The notes beneath the pieces were generated by a model that was not told the DNA's origin, ran no database searches, and saw only the letters and a program-made list of their open reading frames with translations. Made by a program: the position numbers and the translations under genes. A stretch of 64,000 nucleotides of DNA from Phoronis australis (lineage: Eukaryota > Animalia > Phoronida). Below, piece after piece: positions 24,601 through 35,172 of this stretch. The stretch lies in NCBI GenBank assembly GCA_002633005.1, contig NMRA01000367.1:374578-438577 (forward strand). The letters run 5' to 3'. Every line of letters begins with the position of its first letter. The stretch's first letter is position 1.

Positions 24601-25900
24601 CAGTGCACTGCAGGTGAGTGACAGGGGCCTGGATTATGGTACTTCTTGGTTCACTTGTGTGTGCCAGTTGTCATGCATTAGTACTAAATATATTAGTGAA
24701 GCAGTATAAAATTTCTGTTTAAAATACCCACCAACATAAAGCCCGCGTGAAGGCTCTTTCGAAAACAACCACTTAAAAAAGCCCCCATGAGGACTCATTC
24801 AAGACAGTTTTGAATTTCTGACACAGGAAAAAAGTTTTGAAAATGTGGCAAGATGCTATTATTTTTCCAAATTTGGTGCTTTGAGGGACCATTAAAATGT
24901 CAGGATTATCGATGACGTCTTCACATTTTTGCATAAAATAGGGATAAACTGAAACTGTATTCTCAAATTGGAACTAAGTGAATGTGGCTTAAATTTTCTT
25001 GTGAAGTCACTTGTTCATTTTACAGGACTAACTCAGTCCGCTGCTAAATGAGGGTATTGTGGTTTGCAATTAAGAGAACAAGGGGTGGGGGCTTTTTCTG
25101 ACGCAAATTCACTTCAGGAAATGGGAGCTCCTGAAATCACAGTAGTGTATATTTGATTGTTATTGATATACATGTGGGAAACAGGTGGGAGTTGAAAGAA
25201 ATTGGTTGATTCTGCACTCCTAATAGTGTTACTAGGATTAGAAGAAAGTTGGTGAGAATGTATGGAGTCATTCGTCATGTGGAGGACTTGGAAGATGTTA
25301 ATTGTCTGATTGTAATTTCAAGTGGAGGACTTGGAAGATGTTAATTGTCTGGTTGTAATTTCAGCGCTGGTGTGGGTAGGACTGGTGTGTTCATCACTCT
25401 GAGTATTGTGCTGGAGAGAATGAGGTATGAAGGGGTCGTTGACATGTTCCAGACTGTACGTATGTTGAGAACACAAAGGCCTGCCATGGTACAGACTGAG
25501 GTGAGTAGGGACTGGCATTGGGGTTGGGTTTACTGTAAGGGAGGGGGAGTATAGATTGTGGTAGCTACATAGTATGTGTATGCGGGGAGCTGGTGGGGCA
25601 TTTGTGGGTAGTGACAGGGCATTATGCAGGCCATTGCTTGTAGTGATGGGTATTATTGATAGACCAGTATTGTGAGCTATTCATTGTTCCGACTACTGTA
25701 GTGATGGGTATTAATGATAGACCAGTATTGTGAGCTATTCATTGTTCTGGATACTGTTAACATGTCTGTACTGTGGCATGTGCAAGTCTTGACTTATGTA
25801 CATACATTGCACTAGTCTCATGCTATTGCAGGATCAATATCAGTTCTGTTACCGTGCTGCTCTGGAGTATCTCGGCTCATTTGACCATTATGCAAACTAG
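341..25900 (+). CDS. Lar: LAR-family (type IIa) receptor protein tyrosine phosphatase, 5'-partial; 24 constitutive coding exons in window
   Basis: Exons 341-637, 3674-3786, 4254-4452, 5979-6176, 6704-6796, 8522-8815, 9174-9470, 9753-9862, 11152-11368, 11709-11878, 12162-12335, 15893-16059, 16995-17113, 19863-20260, 21119-21238, 21742-21896, 22035-22320, 22930-23023, 23213-23289, 23630-23764, 23993-24118, 24459-24613, 25365-25500, 25832-25900; all GT-AG with consistent phase. FN3 repeats, TM, D1 ([24 protein letters not shown]), D2 ([17 protein letters not shown]), C-terminus [11 protein letters not shown] typical of PTPRF/D/S. Confidence 0.96.
869..927. repeat. 15-bp minisatellite x4
   Basis: TATAATTACTTGCAT. 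Confidence 0.9.
2734..2828. repeat. 22-bp minisatellite x4
   Basis: GGCTGTCATTTGCACTGTGTAT. Confidence 0.9.
3674..3786 (+). CDS. Lar: LAR exon, FN3 N-half ([25 protein letters not shown]...IRGYQ)
   Basis: ttccag|TT...CAG|gtaatt; missed in-frame by ORF track. Confidence 0.92.
4254..4452 (+). CDS. Lar: LAR exon, FN3 C-half (VHFVPV...[23 protein letters not shown])
   Basis: tttag|GTA...GCAG|gtaagt. Confidence 0.92.
5570..5792. repeat. 15-bp minisatellite ~14 copies
   Basis: GAACAGAACAATAGT. Confidence 0.95.
5979..6176 (+). CDS. Lar: LAR exon, FN3 N-part (VPTPPQGM...TATDL)
   Basis: ttgcag|TT...CTCG|gtgagt. Confidence 0.92.
6328..6645. repeat. 33-bp minisatellite ~10 copies
   Basis: CAGTACTTAGCAGTAACATTGGCAAGCATACTT. 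Confidence 0.95.
6704..6796 (+). CDS. Lar: LAR exon, FN3 C-part ([21 protein letters not shown]...TPDG)
   Basis: tgtag|GC...GGAG|gtaggg; in frame with neighbours. Confidence 0.92.
6785..6853 (+). repeat. 22-bp x3 repeat spanning a LAR 5' splice site
   Basis: CACCTGATGGAG|GTAGGGATGG. Confidence 0.95.
7779..8015. repeat. 59-bp tandem repeat x4
   Basis: ATGGTTCAGTGTTCTAGTGGCTTAGCTTTCTGTTAGCGATCACAAGCCC... Confidence 0.9.
8522..8815 (+). CDS. Lar: LAR exon, FN3 (VPQAAPTNF...[11 protein letters not shown])
   Basis: phase 1-1 FN3 exon with canonical junctions. Confidence 0.93.
9174..9470 (+). CDS. Lar: LAR exon, FN3 ([12 protein letters not shown]...LGDLSDV)
   Basis: phase 1-1 FN3 exon; resembles the additional FN3 of Drosophila Lar. 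Confidence 0.9.
9753..9862 (+). CDS. Lar: LAR exon, FN3 N-part (YLPTMVRSF...VFLRWDTP...SYK)
   Basis: tttag|AT...AAG|gtatat; frame-consistent. Confidence 0.85.
9946..10100. repeat. 31-bp minisatellite x5
   Basis: AATTGAAGCCTCGCTGGCTGTAGTTACYACC. Confidence 0.95.
10195..11030. mobile_element. MITE-like non-autonomous DNA transposon (~830 bp)
   Basis: TIR TGTTCCAGTAAAATCCGTGTGGGAGGGGGG vs CCCCCCTCCCATACAGATTTTGCTGGAACA; GAACAATGGTCTTAG direct repeat at both edges. Confidence 0.7.
11152..11368 (+). CDS. Lar: LAR exon, FN3 C-part ([14 protein letters not shown]...[12 protein letters not shown])
   Basis: aacag|GTT...GCAG|gtatgt. Confidence 0.9.
11709..11878 (+). CDS. Lar: LAR exon, membrane-proximal domain (APESIKHP...[18 protein letters not shown])
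   Basis: ttgcag|CC...GAT|gtgagt. Confidence 0.9.
12162..12335 (+). CDS. Lar: LAR exon (KPYIAGQF...[19 protein letters not shown]...VFVRAF)
   Basis: conserved F-x-LGD-x3-Y-x-x-Y-x-N-x-x-L motif of RPTP juxtamembrane domain. Confidence 0.92.
12922..13005 (+). CDS. Lar: Candidate alternative LAR exon ([14 protein letters not shown] then [13 protein letters not shown]), paralogous to start of TM exon
   Basis: good acceptor ctgtttcttcgttttag, phase 0 like exon 15893; peptide resembles [14 protein letters not shown]; GT at 12964 or TGA at 13003-13005. Confidence 0.55.
   Translation, partial: ALYTSSDYSELLYFVRYSPFITHLSPF
14121..14210 (+). mobile_element. Left end of a Tc2/pogo-like TA-TSD element
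   Basis: TACCGTATTCGCTCTAATAAGCACCC with repeated TAAGCRC motifs; matching right end not found. Confidence 0.5.
15316..15380. repeat. 11-bp repeat x6
   Basis: GGCCTATTCAC. Confidence 0.9.
15893..16059 (+). CDS. Lar: LAR transmembrane exon ([10 protein letters not shown]...[14 protein letters not shown])
   Basis: hydrophobic helix; ctacag|GCT...TG|gtaagt. Confidence 0.92.
16133..16210. repeat. 23-bp repeat x3
   Basis: AAGTCACGTGTTTATGAAGCTGT. Confidence 0.9.
16995..17113 (+). CDS. Lar: LAR juxtamembrane exon ([10 protein letters not shown]...[16 protein letters not shown])
   Basis: stop-transfer basic cluster and LAR hallmark [14 protein letters not shown]. Confidence 0.93.
17617..17898. 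repeat. 23-bp minisatellite ~12 copies
   Basis: TAAATATGGGTACACATGACGTT. Confidence 0.95.
18074..18302. mobile_element. Small MITE with 5-bp TSD (AACTC)
   Basis: CATGCGCGCACCCAG...CTGTGTGCGGGCGTG imperfect TIR; AACTC at 18069-18073 and 18303-18307. Confidence 0.7.
19863..22320 (+). CDS. Lar: LAR PTP domain D1 exons (19863-20260, 21119-21238, 21742-21896, 22035-22320)
   Basis: [58 protein letters not shown]; catalytic residues intact. Confidence 0.96.
22930..25900 (+). CDS. Lar: LAR PTP domain D2 exons (22930-23023, 23213-23289, 23630-23764, 23993-24118, 24459-24613, 25365-25500, 25832-25900)
   Basis: [16 protein letters not shown] (D2-type substitutions), [10 protein letters not shown]; stop TAG 25898-25900. 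Confidence 0.96.
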
Positions 25901-26689
25901 AAACAACCAGACATGTCAATGATATGAAGATTCTGGCAGACATGCATTTATGGATTGGATATAAACATGCTGATACACTGGTAACTCGTGCAATATTTGG
26001 AGGGACATTCATCAAAATCGTCAGTCATCCGTGTATCAGAAATGTTGATGCAAGCTAACCAAAGACTGGATGTGTACTTATGTGACTGGGTGATTGCTGA
26101 GACTTTGTGAATAAACCAGAGAGCATGTGAAGCCCTTGTCTCTTGATTTGATAATTGCAAAGAGAAACAACCAATCAGAATTGGTTTTGCATAGTGACAA
26201 TGATTTAAAGTTGGCAGTACTTGTGATATGATTGGTCAAGAGTTGAATATGCTTGCCAGTTAAGACTAATAAAAACGAAGACCCACTTTTTATGAGCTGG
26301 ATTCTAAATGTAGGTTTGGAACATAGATAGAACTATTGTGTGTATTATTTGATTTACTATGTTTATGCATGCACCCTCATATTTTTGTATGACATATGTT
26401 CATGTTGTTTTACCTTGATCTGGAAGTCTTGTATCTGCAGAGAGCACAGATAACTTGTGTGCAACAAAGGTCAAATGTCTCATGTTAGGAGAACTGGCCA
26501 TGAGGCTACTGTATTGAACCAATTATATGTTACAAAAAGATCTCTCTAGAGTTTGTGTTATAGAATGTGTTAAAAAGTATGATTTAAAAAAATCTTAAGT
26601 AAAGAATGAATTGAAAAATTCCATGATAGTTGTCAGGCGTGAATATGATTGATGCGACCAGCTACAGAGACCTCTAGTCTAGCATGGAT

Positions 26690-26815
26690 GTGGGCACTAG
26701 ATGGTACTGCTGTTCAGTGACCTCCAGTGCAGCATGGATGTGTGCATTAGATGGCACTGCTGTTCAATGACCTTCAGTTCAGCATGGATGTGTGCACTAG
26801 ATGGCACTGCTGTTC
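26690..26815. repeat. ~46-bp repeat x3 in putative LAR 3' UTR
   Basis: AGCATGGATGTGTGCACTAGATGGCACTGCTGTTC. Confidence 0.8.
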
Positions 26816-27459
26816 TTTTCCATCAGTCTGGACATTGCCAACTGACAGTATTGTTCGACTTGCTAATGCTAAATATTGGCACCTACAATTAGGCTACTCA
26901 ACAAATTATTTGTGTATAAATTGTAACATTTAGTTATTTTGTTAAATAGTACACCTTTTGTACTGCATAATGGTATGCACGTATTTATTTAATCAGCTTC
27001 TGTGCATTTTATCATATTTGTTGTAAACTTTGTACATTATAATTGAGAGATGTAGATGAGAGTTATTCAGATGGGGATAGAGTGGACTGGAAAGACTGGA
27101 ATTCTGCAAGATTAACTTTTTCATCATTTTGTGCTGGTTTCAGCAGTGTTGCCCTAAAACCATATTTAAACAGTATTTCATCTGTTTTTGTCCATTTTAC
27201 CTTTCTTCACTTGAATTTCCAGAATCATTACAGAGCTGGTTCTGTACTGGCTGTCCTGTGTTCATCAATGTTTAAGGACCAGTTGTGTTCGCTGCATGCT
27301 GTGTTACTGTGTATAAGGTATCCAGGATGAAGTAATGTCCCAATGTAGATAGTTGTTAGTGTTGTGTGTGTGCCCAGAAGCACAGAGTAAGCCTTATAGG
27401 TGCTATTTTTGTTTTGTAAATCAACATCAATTGTAAAGTGATAGTTCCGTTTCTACTTG

Positions 27460-27465
27460 AATAAA
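27460..27465 (+). terminator. Candidate polyadenylation signal of LAR
   Basis: AATAAA ~1.55 kb after stop, just before the convergent gene; another AATAAA lies near 26110. Confidence 0.4.
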
Positions 27466-27645
27466 TGAGTATATTAATTGAAAGGATGGTGCATTAAGTG
27501 TAAACAGACAAAGGAACAGACATATAAAGTTAATTTGACAATTAAGGGGTTAGTGAGTGATGTTTTATTCCAGGCACAAGACCATTTTATATTAGCTTAA
27601 AACCAATTTATTAAAAAAATTTAATACACGAAAAACTTCCCATAA

Positions 27646-30600
27646 TCAAGAAAGGATAACGGTAAGAGCAAATGTCAAAGTCAGTCCTACAAACTTGGAC
27701 CAGTTGAGCGACAATGACGCACTAGGTTGTGGAGTCGTTGGCATCCTCGTGCTCTTGGATTCCACCATCTTTTGAAAGCAGGCGTGATACTTCTCGGGAA
27801 GAACTTGGGTAAGAGAGCAGTACTGTGCCGCCTTACATTCGCCTTCACACACCTCGCCCCGCGCCAGGGTGACAGAGTTGTGGTCAATGTACTGCTGGAA
27901 GTTGTCACTGGCGCTATCGAGAAATGATTCCACCACGCGCTGCATCGAGCCTGGCGATACATCGGGAATATCGTAAACCGCGGTGGCGTTATATTCCAGT
28001 TGCCACTGAGGCCGATCTGCAAGGTTGGCCGAAGTGAGGTTCAAGAAATATTGCGAGATTTCGGTGATGGCGAACGTCTCATTGTCGTAGGATATCAGGC
28101 GCACGCCGGGGTTATTGGCCAACGTGCCCATGCCGTTGGGAAGTGTAGTTTTCCACGGAGTAACGGAAGGCGCTATGAAACCGGTGGCCACAGGGTCGCC
28201 TGTAAAAAGAGGAGATATGATATCCAGAACATAACGTAGACAGTACACGGGGCGACTTACGTTTTGGTAATTGTTGCTACTTGGGACTGAGTTGAAAATA
28301 TTAGAAGGTGACCAATAATAACGAACATAAAATAATTACTGGTACAGATCAGTTGGCGACTACAAATCATAGAGTGGTCCAGGTAATTGAGTACTAGGTC
28401 TAACAAAAGCACATAATAAAGGGAACTAATAACACGTTATCATTGTATCATTATACCATTGAACTAATAACACGTTATGTTATCATTGTATCATTATACC
28501 ATTGCCGTTGTAGAACATGCGGAAAGTGTCTGTGTGGTGGTGACCGTACAATATAGCGGCGATAGAACCGGCGTGTTTTACAATCAGTTGAGTGAGACGT
28601 GCGTTGAACTTGCTGGGCATCCATTGCCACGACCGGTGTTTCTCGAACATTCCCGGTGGAATGTGCGCCACGAGATATACCTGAAATACAGCAAGGCGCA
28701 GCCGGGCAGTCACAACATGATCTAAAGGGCCTTTCATACTAACGTCGACGCGTCGATGGTTTGGGGAGTTGCGGTCAGTATGAACGCTTAACTCCGGTCC
28801 TGGATCGCAGTTAAGAGCTCCAGTTAACATCGCAGTTATAGGTGGATTTAAGACCGCAGCGTCGACGCTGCGGTGCAGTATGAACGCTTAACTCCGGTCC
28901 AATCGAAGTTATCGCCAGGTGCCACTGTTATCGTCAGTTACAGAGTAGTGCCGTCACTAATAACTACTTATTTTTGGTTTAATGATAACCAATCGATTTA
29001 AAAATGAGTTTTATGTCATTTAGCATATTTAAATGTTCCAAATTGTCACATTGAAAAAATCTTAGCGTGCAGCGCTACCTTGCGATAACTTCTATGACGT
29101 CAGCGTCACCAACCCTTTACTTCGATGGTCATTAACTACCGAAGCCAGTATGAACGGTCCAGTTAACTGCGCTGTTTACGTCGACGCTCCGCTCAGACCG
29201 GAGTTAAGTCAATATGAAAGGGCCTTAAGTTACAACACACTTGTGCAGCAAGCTGCATCACATCCCAGCAATTAGAACATATTCAAGAAGAGTACTATGA
29301 TAGATAACGACTCAAATACAGGTTGCCTACGGTTTTGTAGATGTGATCCTGATGTTAAATAAACCGGTTTTTGGATCTCACAAATTAATTGGGAAACTGA
29401 TTGAATTTATCTTTCCGGTGTCTATACCTAAAACTGCTTCTTTTGTGTTTCGGTTTCACGAGATGTACGTGAAATTTACGCCACTCGAGATGTACTCGAG
29501 TCACGTGCCTGGAGTGCACGTGCAGGGCAGGATTGGATACTGTCACAACACATTCATCTGGAAAACTGTTTCGTTCCTTGATGAGCACCAACAAAAAGAC
29601 GATTGTAGATGGTAAAATTGAAAGACGGACCTGCACAAATTTACATGCATGGCTTTTAAATGTAATTTTACGGGGCTATTATGTAACATGCTTTTATTAG
29701 TAGGTTGTAATAAGATCGCTTTCCAAACAAATCCCAAAGGGGAAGATCGACGGCTAGGAGGGAATGGCTCAAAGGTGCGCTGCAGACAAAAATGGTGACG
29801 ACCAGGGAGTCGGACGGCAATTAGGTCTACCGCGGGGATAGTATCGGTGTGACGCCGTTGTATTACGCCCCAACTTGCGCGGATCACCCCAGTTGTATGC
29901 CACTACGTTACTAGACAACGGCACTTACCTTTTCACCAGCCAATGAACTGTTAGTCATGACGTCATCAAACCATGTAAATTGGTTGGCGGGATCGTCTAA
30001 ATGGGAAGTGACCTTGTTACTCTTATAGTAGAGTACCGTGTTGAGAGCAACAATACGAAGTCCTGAGGATACTCGCACGGTATAATAGCCACCTGTGAGA
30101 AAACAAGTTTTGATTTTGAAACTATGAATTCTTCACGCGCTAATGCCTGGAATCCCCATGACTAATAATCTACTAATTCGAGAGTTATTCAACATTGCGT
30201 TTTCGTTTTCGGCTGCCTACGTACCGTACTTCGATCTAAAATCAGGAAAGGTTTTGCCTGTCTCTTAAAGCAATTTAAACAAAGCTAGAAAACGAACACC
30301 ACGCACGCATTTACATGTACCTTGGTTAAAAGTTTGATTGGCCATTTCGTCGTTCACCCAGTATTGCCAGCGATTCCATACAGCCTGGTAGAGATAGTTG
30401 GTGTGTGGCGGCATTTGATTCTTAGGATGATAGTCGTGGTTACCAAGTGCAGCGAAGACCGGGATGTTAGTAAAGGTGTCGTTAAGAAGTGTTGTCAAGT
30501 TAGAAATTATGGAGACCACGATGTCTTCGCTCAATTTGGAATTGGCAATGTGGGGTGTGTCGTCGCTGAAATGACAGGACAAATTCAATAAAGACTCGCG

Positions 30601-32999
30601 AGATCAATCCAATTAGTATTGTAAAGTCTTTATTCAACGATGCATTAAATCAGACTTCACAGACTTTCATAAATAAGTAATTGCAGCAGTAACTAAACAT
30701 TCGTACTCAAACTGTAAGAATAATGCCCTGAACTACTAGAATGTGGTCAGCGATAGCTGTCCAATTTTCAAAATCCCCAGGGGCGGATCCAGGATCTTGA
30801 GTTGGGAGGGGGGGCAGGGCAGAGGAATAGCCAGAATTCTACAACATGCGCGCGCCCAGCCTAAAATGTAGGGGCGAGGTTCTCGAATTTTTGGGTTTGT
30901 GGAGCTTATTACTAAAAAAACGGTAAACGGGGTTTGTGGTTAGTTAAAGGCCTATGCAGTGTGCATTCGCTAGCCCCCCAGGGTGCGCCCATATGCAAGT
31001 CAGCAATTCGCACCCCGAACTGCCAAATGGTATCTGGGAGAATTTCAGGGGGGCATGGCCCCTTGTCACCTCCCCCCCTAAATCCGCCACTTCGATAAAT
31101 GGCAGAGCACTTCATCGCGTCTTATTTGAAGCTTCATTTTGCTCGAAAATGTTACCAGATCTATTACTCTAATAAAATCGGTTCCATAACTGTCAACATG
31201 ACTTACCCAGCGCTCAACAGGCCAAAATTCCCGCTACAAAATAAGTGACGATCTATTCCGCACTCGTATTTCTGGATTCTTGTAACAAGTTACAAGTGGC
31301 GTCTAACGTCCGCTCCGCGCTCCTTGGACTAATATGAAAGTGGCACATTTTCACGAAAGACGTCGGTCTACTCGGTTGGCGACTAATACACGCAGTGTTG
31401 GCTTACGTAGTAAACGGAAAGTGGTCTATTTCCTCCTTGTACTTTTTCTACTCGTATTTTCGCGCGTGTACTCGCTTATGCTAAGCTCTCTTAATCCAAC
31501 ACGATGCCATTTCCGACATCAACTCAAGCCACAGCCAATGCGTTCACCACGCGCCATTTTCGCAAAGCAATTTTAGAGTTAGCCAATAAATTCCTTAGCA
31601 TTTTCTACAGTCTCTGTTGATAACAAAAATGCAATCCTATCATGGCAAGGAATATACAAGACCGATTTGACGAAAGTAAAAGGCGTAATTCAACTTCCGT
31701 CTTCAGCCAGCTAAAGAAGGCGAAAAAGTCACCGTTCTTAATTTCAGCGAATATCTGATAAACAATGGCGATAATTGTCGATTTGTAACAAAATTACAAA
31801 AACACAATGAATTTTTTGTTTGATAGCATTGATCAAAGTTAACAACTTCAAGAAGTTTATCCCATCCGAAAATATTCCACGAAATACGTTTTCGGTAGTA
31901 AGGTTGACTATGTACCTTTAAGAAAATATTAGCGCTGAAAAGGAAAATAATCAAGTGTCAGACGTTAAAGGTGTTATGGACAAAAATACATCTTTAAGTT
32001 TATTTTATTCAAAATTGTCATTTCCCGTCGCCAGGCACTCGCTGAAATCAAGGGTGACGATTTCCATGAGATAAATACCCTGTCAATAATGCCACTTAAC
32101 GAGTGCAGAGCTCGGATGCATCTTTCTGCTGCATCTGTGGCAGATTGTCACCCACCTTTACAGTTCAACATATTATGTAACCTTTGTAATTACCGATATC
32201 TGTAGTAGTTTAGTTTGTCATAATATATATTATCTTTTATCTCATCTACACGTGTTGCTTCACTGTAAACTAAATTCGGTATCGCTTCGCAGTTAGCGCA
32301 TATAAATATTGCCATTTAACGAGTGTAGAGCGGGGTTCCACTTTCGATTCTTCGCCAAGGCTGCGCTCAGGAAAATTACTTTTCTCGCCGATGAGATATC
32401 AACTATGGGAAATATTAAAGACGAAAATTCATGTTAAAGCCAACATAAACCAGTTATTTGTCAACACAAAAAAATGAGGAATAACAGTTCTCTATAATTC
32501 CACGTACCCTGTCCACACGAGAAAATCTGGATCTGGTTCTATGGCTTTCATTGCGCGTACAGATTCCTCGATCAACATCCATGGTGAGTCGCACATGTAG
32601 TTGCCATAGATACCAAGTTTACTAGTGTCGGTTCTGTTCAAACATGATCCCCCGTTCGTTTTGTAGGTTGGGTCATAATGGAAGTCGGTTACATGCCAGA
32701 ACTTTCCTAAGAAGTATAGCATATACGGCAGTAGAAATACGACGCAAGAACTTACAATAAAGAACTAAATTGGAAGCGCTCTTTCCACAATCTACACACG
32801 GCATTTATTCACATGCAGACCCGAAGGTAATATGTCATTAGACTCTCAGGATTATAAGAAGACAAGAGGTCAGCGTCTACAGAGCTAAACATAGATTTAT
32901 TTATACCTGTTATTTATTACCTGTTCCCGCATTAACTCGCAACACACCACCGAAAAGTAAGACATAGCTCCATAACATACGGAGATTGAGTGCAGCCAT
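27646..32999 (-). CDS. SMPDL3B: Acid sphingomyelinase-like phosphodiesterase 3 (SMPDL3B-like), 6 exons, complete
   Basis: Exons (-): 32999-32921 (signal peptide MAALNLRMLWSYVLLFGGVLRVNAG), 32706-32508 (FWHVTDFHYDP, CDSPW, WTG), 30565-30321 (DDTPH, ALGNHDYHPKNQ), 30092-29929 (ALNTVLYY, DPANQFTW), 28680-28500 (AHIPPG, GHHHTDTF), 28199-27646 (APSVTPW, NNPGVRL, WQLEY; hydrophobic GPI-like C-terminus); phases consistent. B vs A assignment rests on the GPI-like tail. Confidence 0.92.
28725..29225. mobile_element. PIF/Harbinger-like MITE in SMPDL3 intron
   Basis: TIR GGGCCTTTCATACT / AATATGAAAGGGCC flanked by TAA/TTA; internal repeats CAGTATGAACG and palindromes CGTCGACG. Confidence 0.7.
30778..31092. 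mobile_element. GC-rich MITE (CAGGGGCGGATCCAGG...CCTAAATCCGCCACT)
   Basis: imperfect TIRs; a related left end occurs at ~63544. Confidence 0.6.
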
Positions 33000-33158
33000 A
33001 AGCATACAGGGAGCTCGTATGAAGCCGAATAGACAACTGATCAACCGCGTGACAGTAACAGTGAAGGGTGTTGTGAGCTGATAACTTGTAACTATGTCAA
33101 AATGTCAACAGCAGGGGATGGGCCACGATAAGTGCGTCATAGACAGACCTTACGAAGA

Positions 33159-33184
33159 GTCACGTGCCACAGCGGGAATTCCCC
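33159..33184 (-). promoter_or_regulatory. Candidate proximal elements of SMPDL3: E-box/CLEAR-like GTCACGTG and kappaB site GGGGAATTCCC
   Basis: GTCACGTG 33159-33166 and GGGAATTCCCC 33174-33184, 160-185 bp upstream of ATG. Confidence 0.4.
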
Positions 33185-33724
33185 GCAGATTTTAACTGCA
33201 TTCAACTTTAGTCACTTTTCAGTATGTGCCTCAGCTTCTCAACAAGGATGAATAAGGTCATGTGTTCTGAACGGACCATTGAGGCCCCAATGCATGGGCA
33301 TTGTGTGGTTCAGTGCATCAGGCATGACACTGAAGTCCAATTTTAGCAAAGCTCTCCCTTCCACTTTTATTCTTAAACGTCAAACTGCTTTTACAGAACA
33401 AACTCTTTCTGACTGGTTCATGATTTATATCATTAGTAATTCGTAACAATAAGTTACTCGGGTATTCACAAAATAAATGAAATTAATCCAATTCGAATTC
33501 TGTGTTAAATTTGCAAACTGTGGTCTCAGTCTGTTTCAGTAACTGATAACGAAAGTGACATAAAATCTCTAATGCAATTGACAAAAACTGAAAATATGAC
33601 ATAATTCAATCCTACTCTGACCGATGGGAAATTGCTTACTAGTTCAAGTATGCAGCATTCTAGTTTGAAAATGAACAAATGCATGACTTGCATGGCTTAT
33701 TATGACATGTACCACTTAATTAAA

Positions 33725-34103
33725 ACACACATTTACACATGAACATCATATGACACTCAAGACTGAAGATTGTTGGCTTGAATAACACATATTTATTTAC
33801 ACATGGACGTCATATGACACTCAAGACTGTTGGCTTGAATAACACACATGAACGTCATATGACAATCAAGACTGTTGGCTTGAATAACACACATTTTCAC
33901 ATGAATTCCATATGACACTAAAGACTGTTGGCTTGAATAACACACATTTACACATGGACATCATATGACACTCAAGACGGTTGGCTTGAATAACACACAT
34001 GGACGTCATATAACACTCAAGACTGTTGGCTTGAATAACACACATTTACACAGGGTGATGATTATGGTGATGATGGTGATGGGGGTAACACAGTATATGA
34101 CAG

Positions 34104-34135
<32 letters not shown>

Positions 34136-34440
34136 GTGATGATGATGGTGATGATGATGGNGGCTTGAATAACACACATGGACGTCATATGACACTCAAG
34201 ACTGTTGGCTTGAATAACACACATGGACGTCATATAACACTCAAGACTGTTTGCTTGAATAACACACATTTACACAGGGTGATGATTATGGTGATGATGG
34301 TGATGGGGTAACACAGTATATGACAGTGATGGTGATGATGATGATGATGGTGATGGCCGGGTAGTGGTGATGATGATGGTGATGATGATGATGGTGATGA
34401 TGATGATGGCCGGGTGGTGGTGGTGATGATGGTGACAATG
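33725..34440. repeat. ~45-55-bp tandem repeat plus (GAT/GGT)n microsatellite
   Basis: GACTGTTGGCTTGAATAACACAC units; partly duplicated across n at 34161. Confidence 0.85.
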
Positions 34441-35172
34441 TGGATCAGATCACAAAATGTAAGTTTCGTGTAAGAAATAAGTTGAACACATGTTTAATTT
34501 GTGGCTTCTTATATATTTACAATATAGAAAGTTAAATGGTTTTTAAGTTTAAAAATACAAAAATAGTAGCCAGGTATAATCAGACTAGATAAATTTCCCG
34601 CACAAATTCAACAGATTCTAAAATTGTACGTGATGGAAAACAAGCGTATTAAAATAATTCAAGATAAACATATTTATCAACTGAGTGCCAATATAAAGGT
34701 TAATCGTATAAACTTGGCAAATAAATGCATTCAGACTTACAGATACATTTTATCTTGAGTTATCAATAAAAACATCATAATCCTGGTTACTCACCATACA
34801 AAATATGACTCAAATCTTTCCATCATACAATAAAATATGATTTCATATGCGAACAGACCATTTAGGTCCCAGTAAGTAAATAATACAGTCAAAATGCTGT
34901 CATAAGTTTGGACAAGGTTAGGCAATCATTTCAAGCTTGTAAGTGCTTCGTACCAATCACAGGTGATCTCTTAAAGCAGGTGCAAAAATGACAATCATGA
35001 AATTTGCATTATTTAGTTTGTTATCTTAAATTAATCTGATAATTTTCTTGTTTAAGCCTGAAGTAGGAAAGGAACATCCTTTCAATTATCACAGTTAAAA
35101 ATACACAAATTCTCCGTCTGCTAACATTCATTAGGTCACTGAACTTTCTCTGATCCACTCAGGTAGTGTTCA

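Noticed and set aside
33984-34340. Duplicated repeat/GAT block and poly-Met/Ile ORFs
   Set aside because: Microsatellite translation; duplication spans n at 34161
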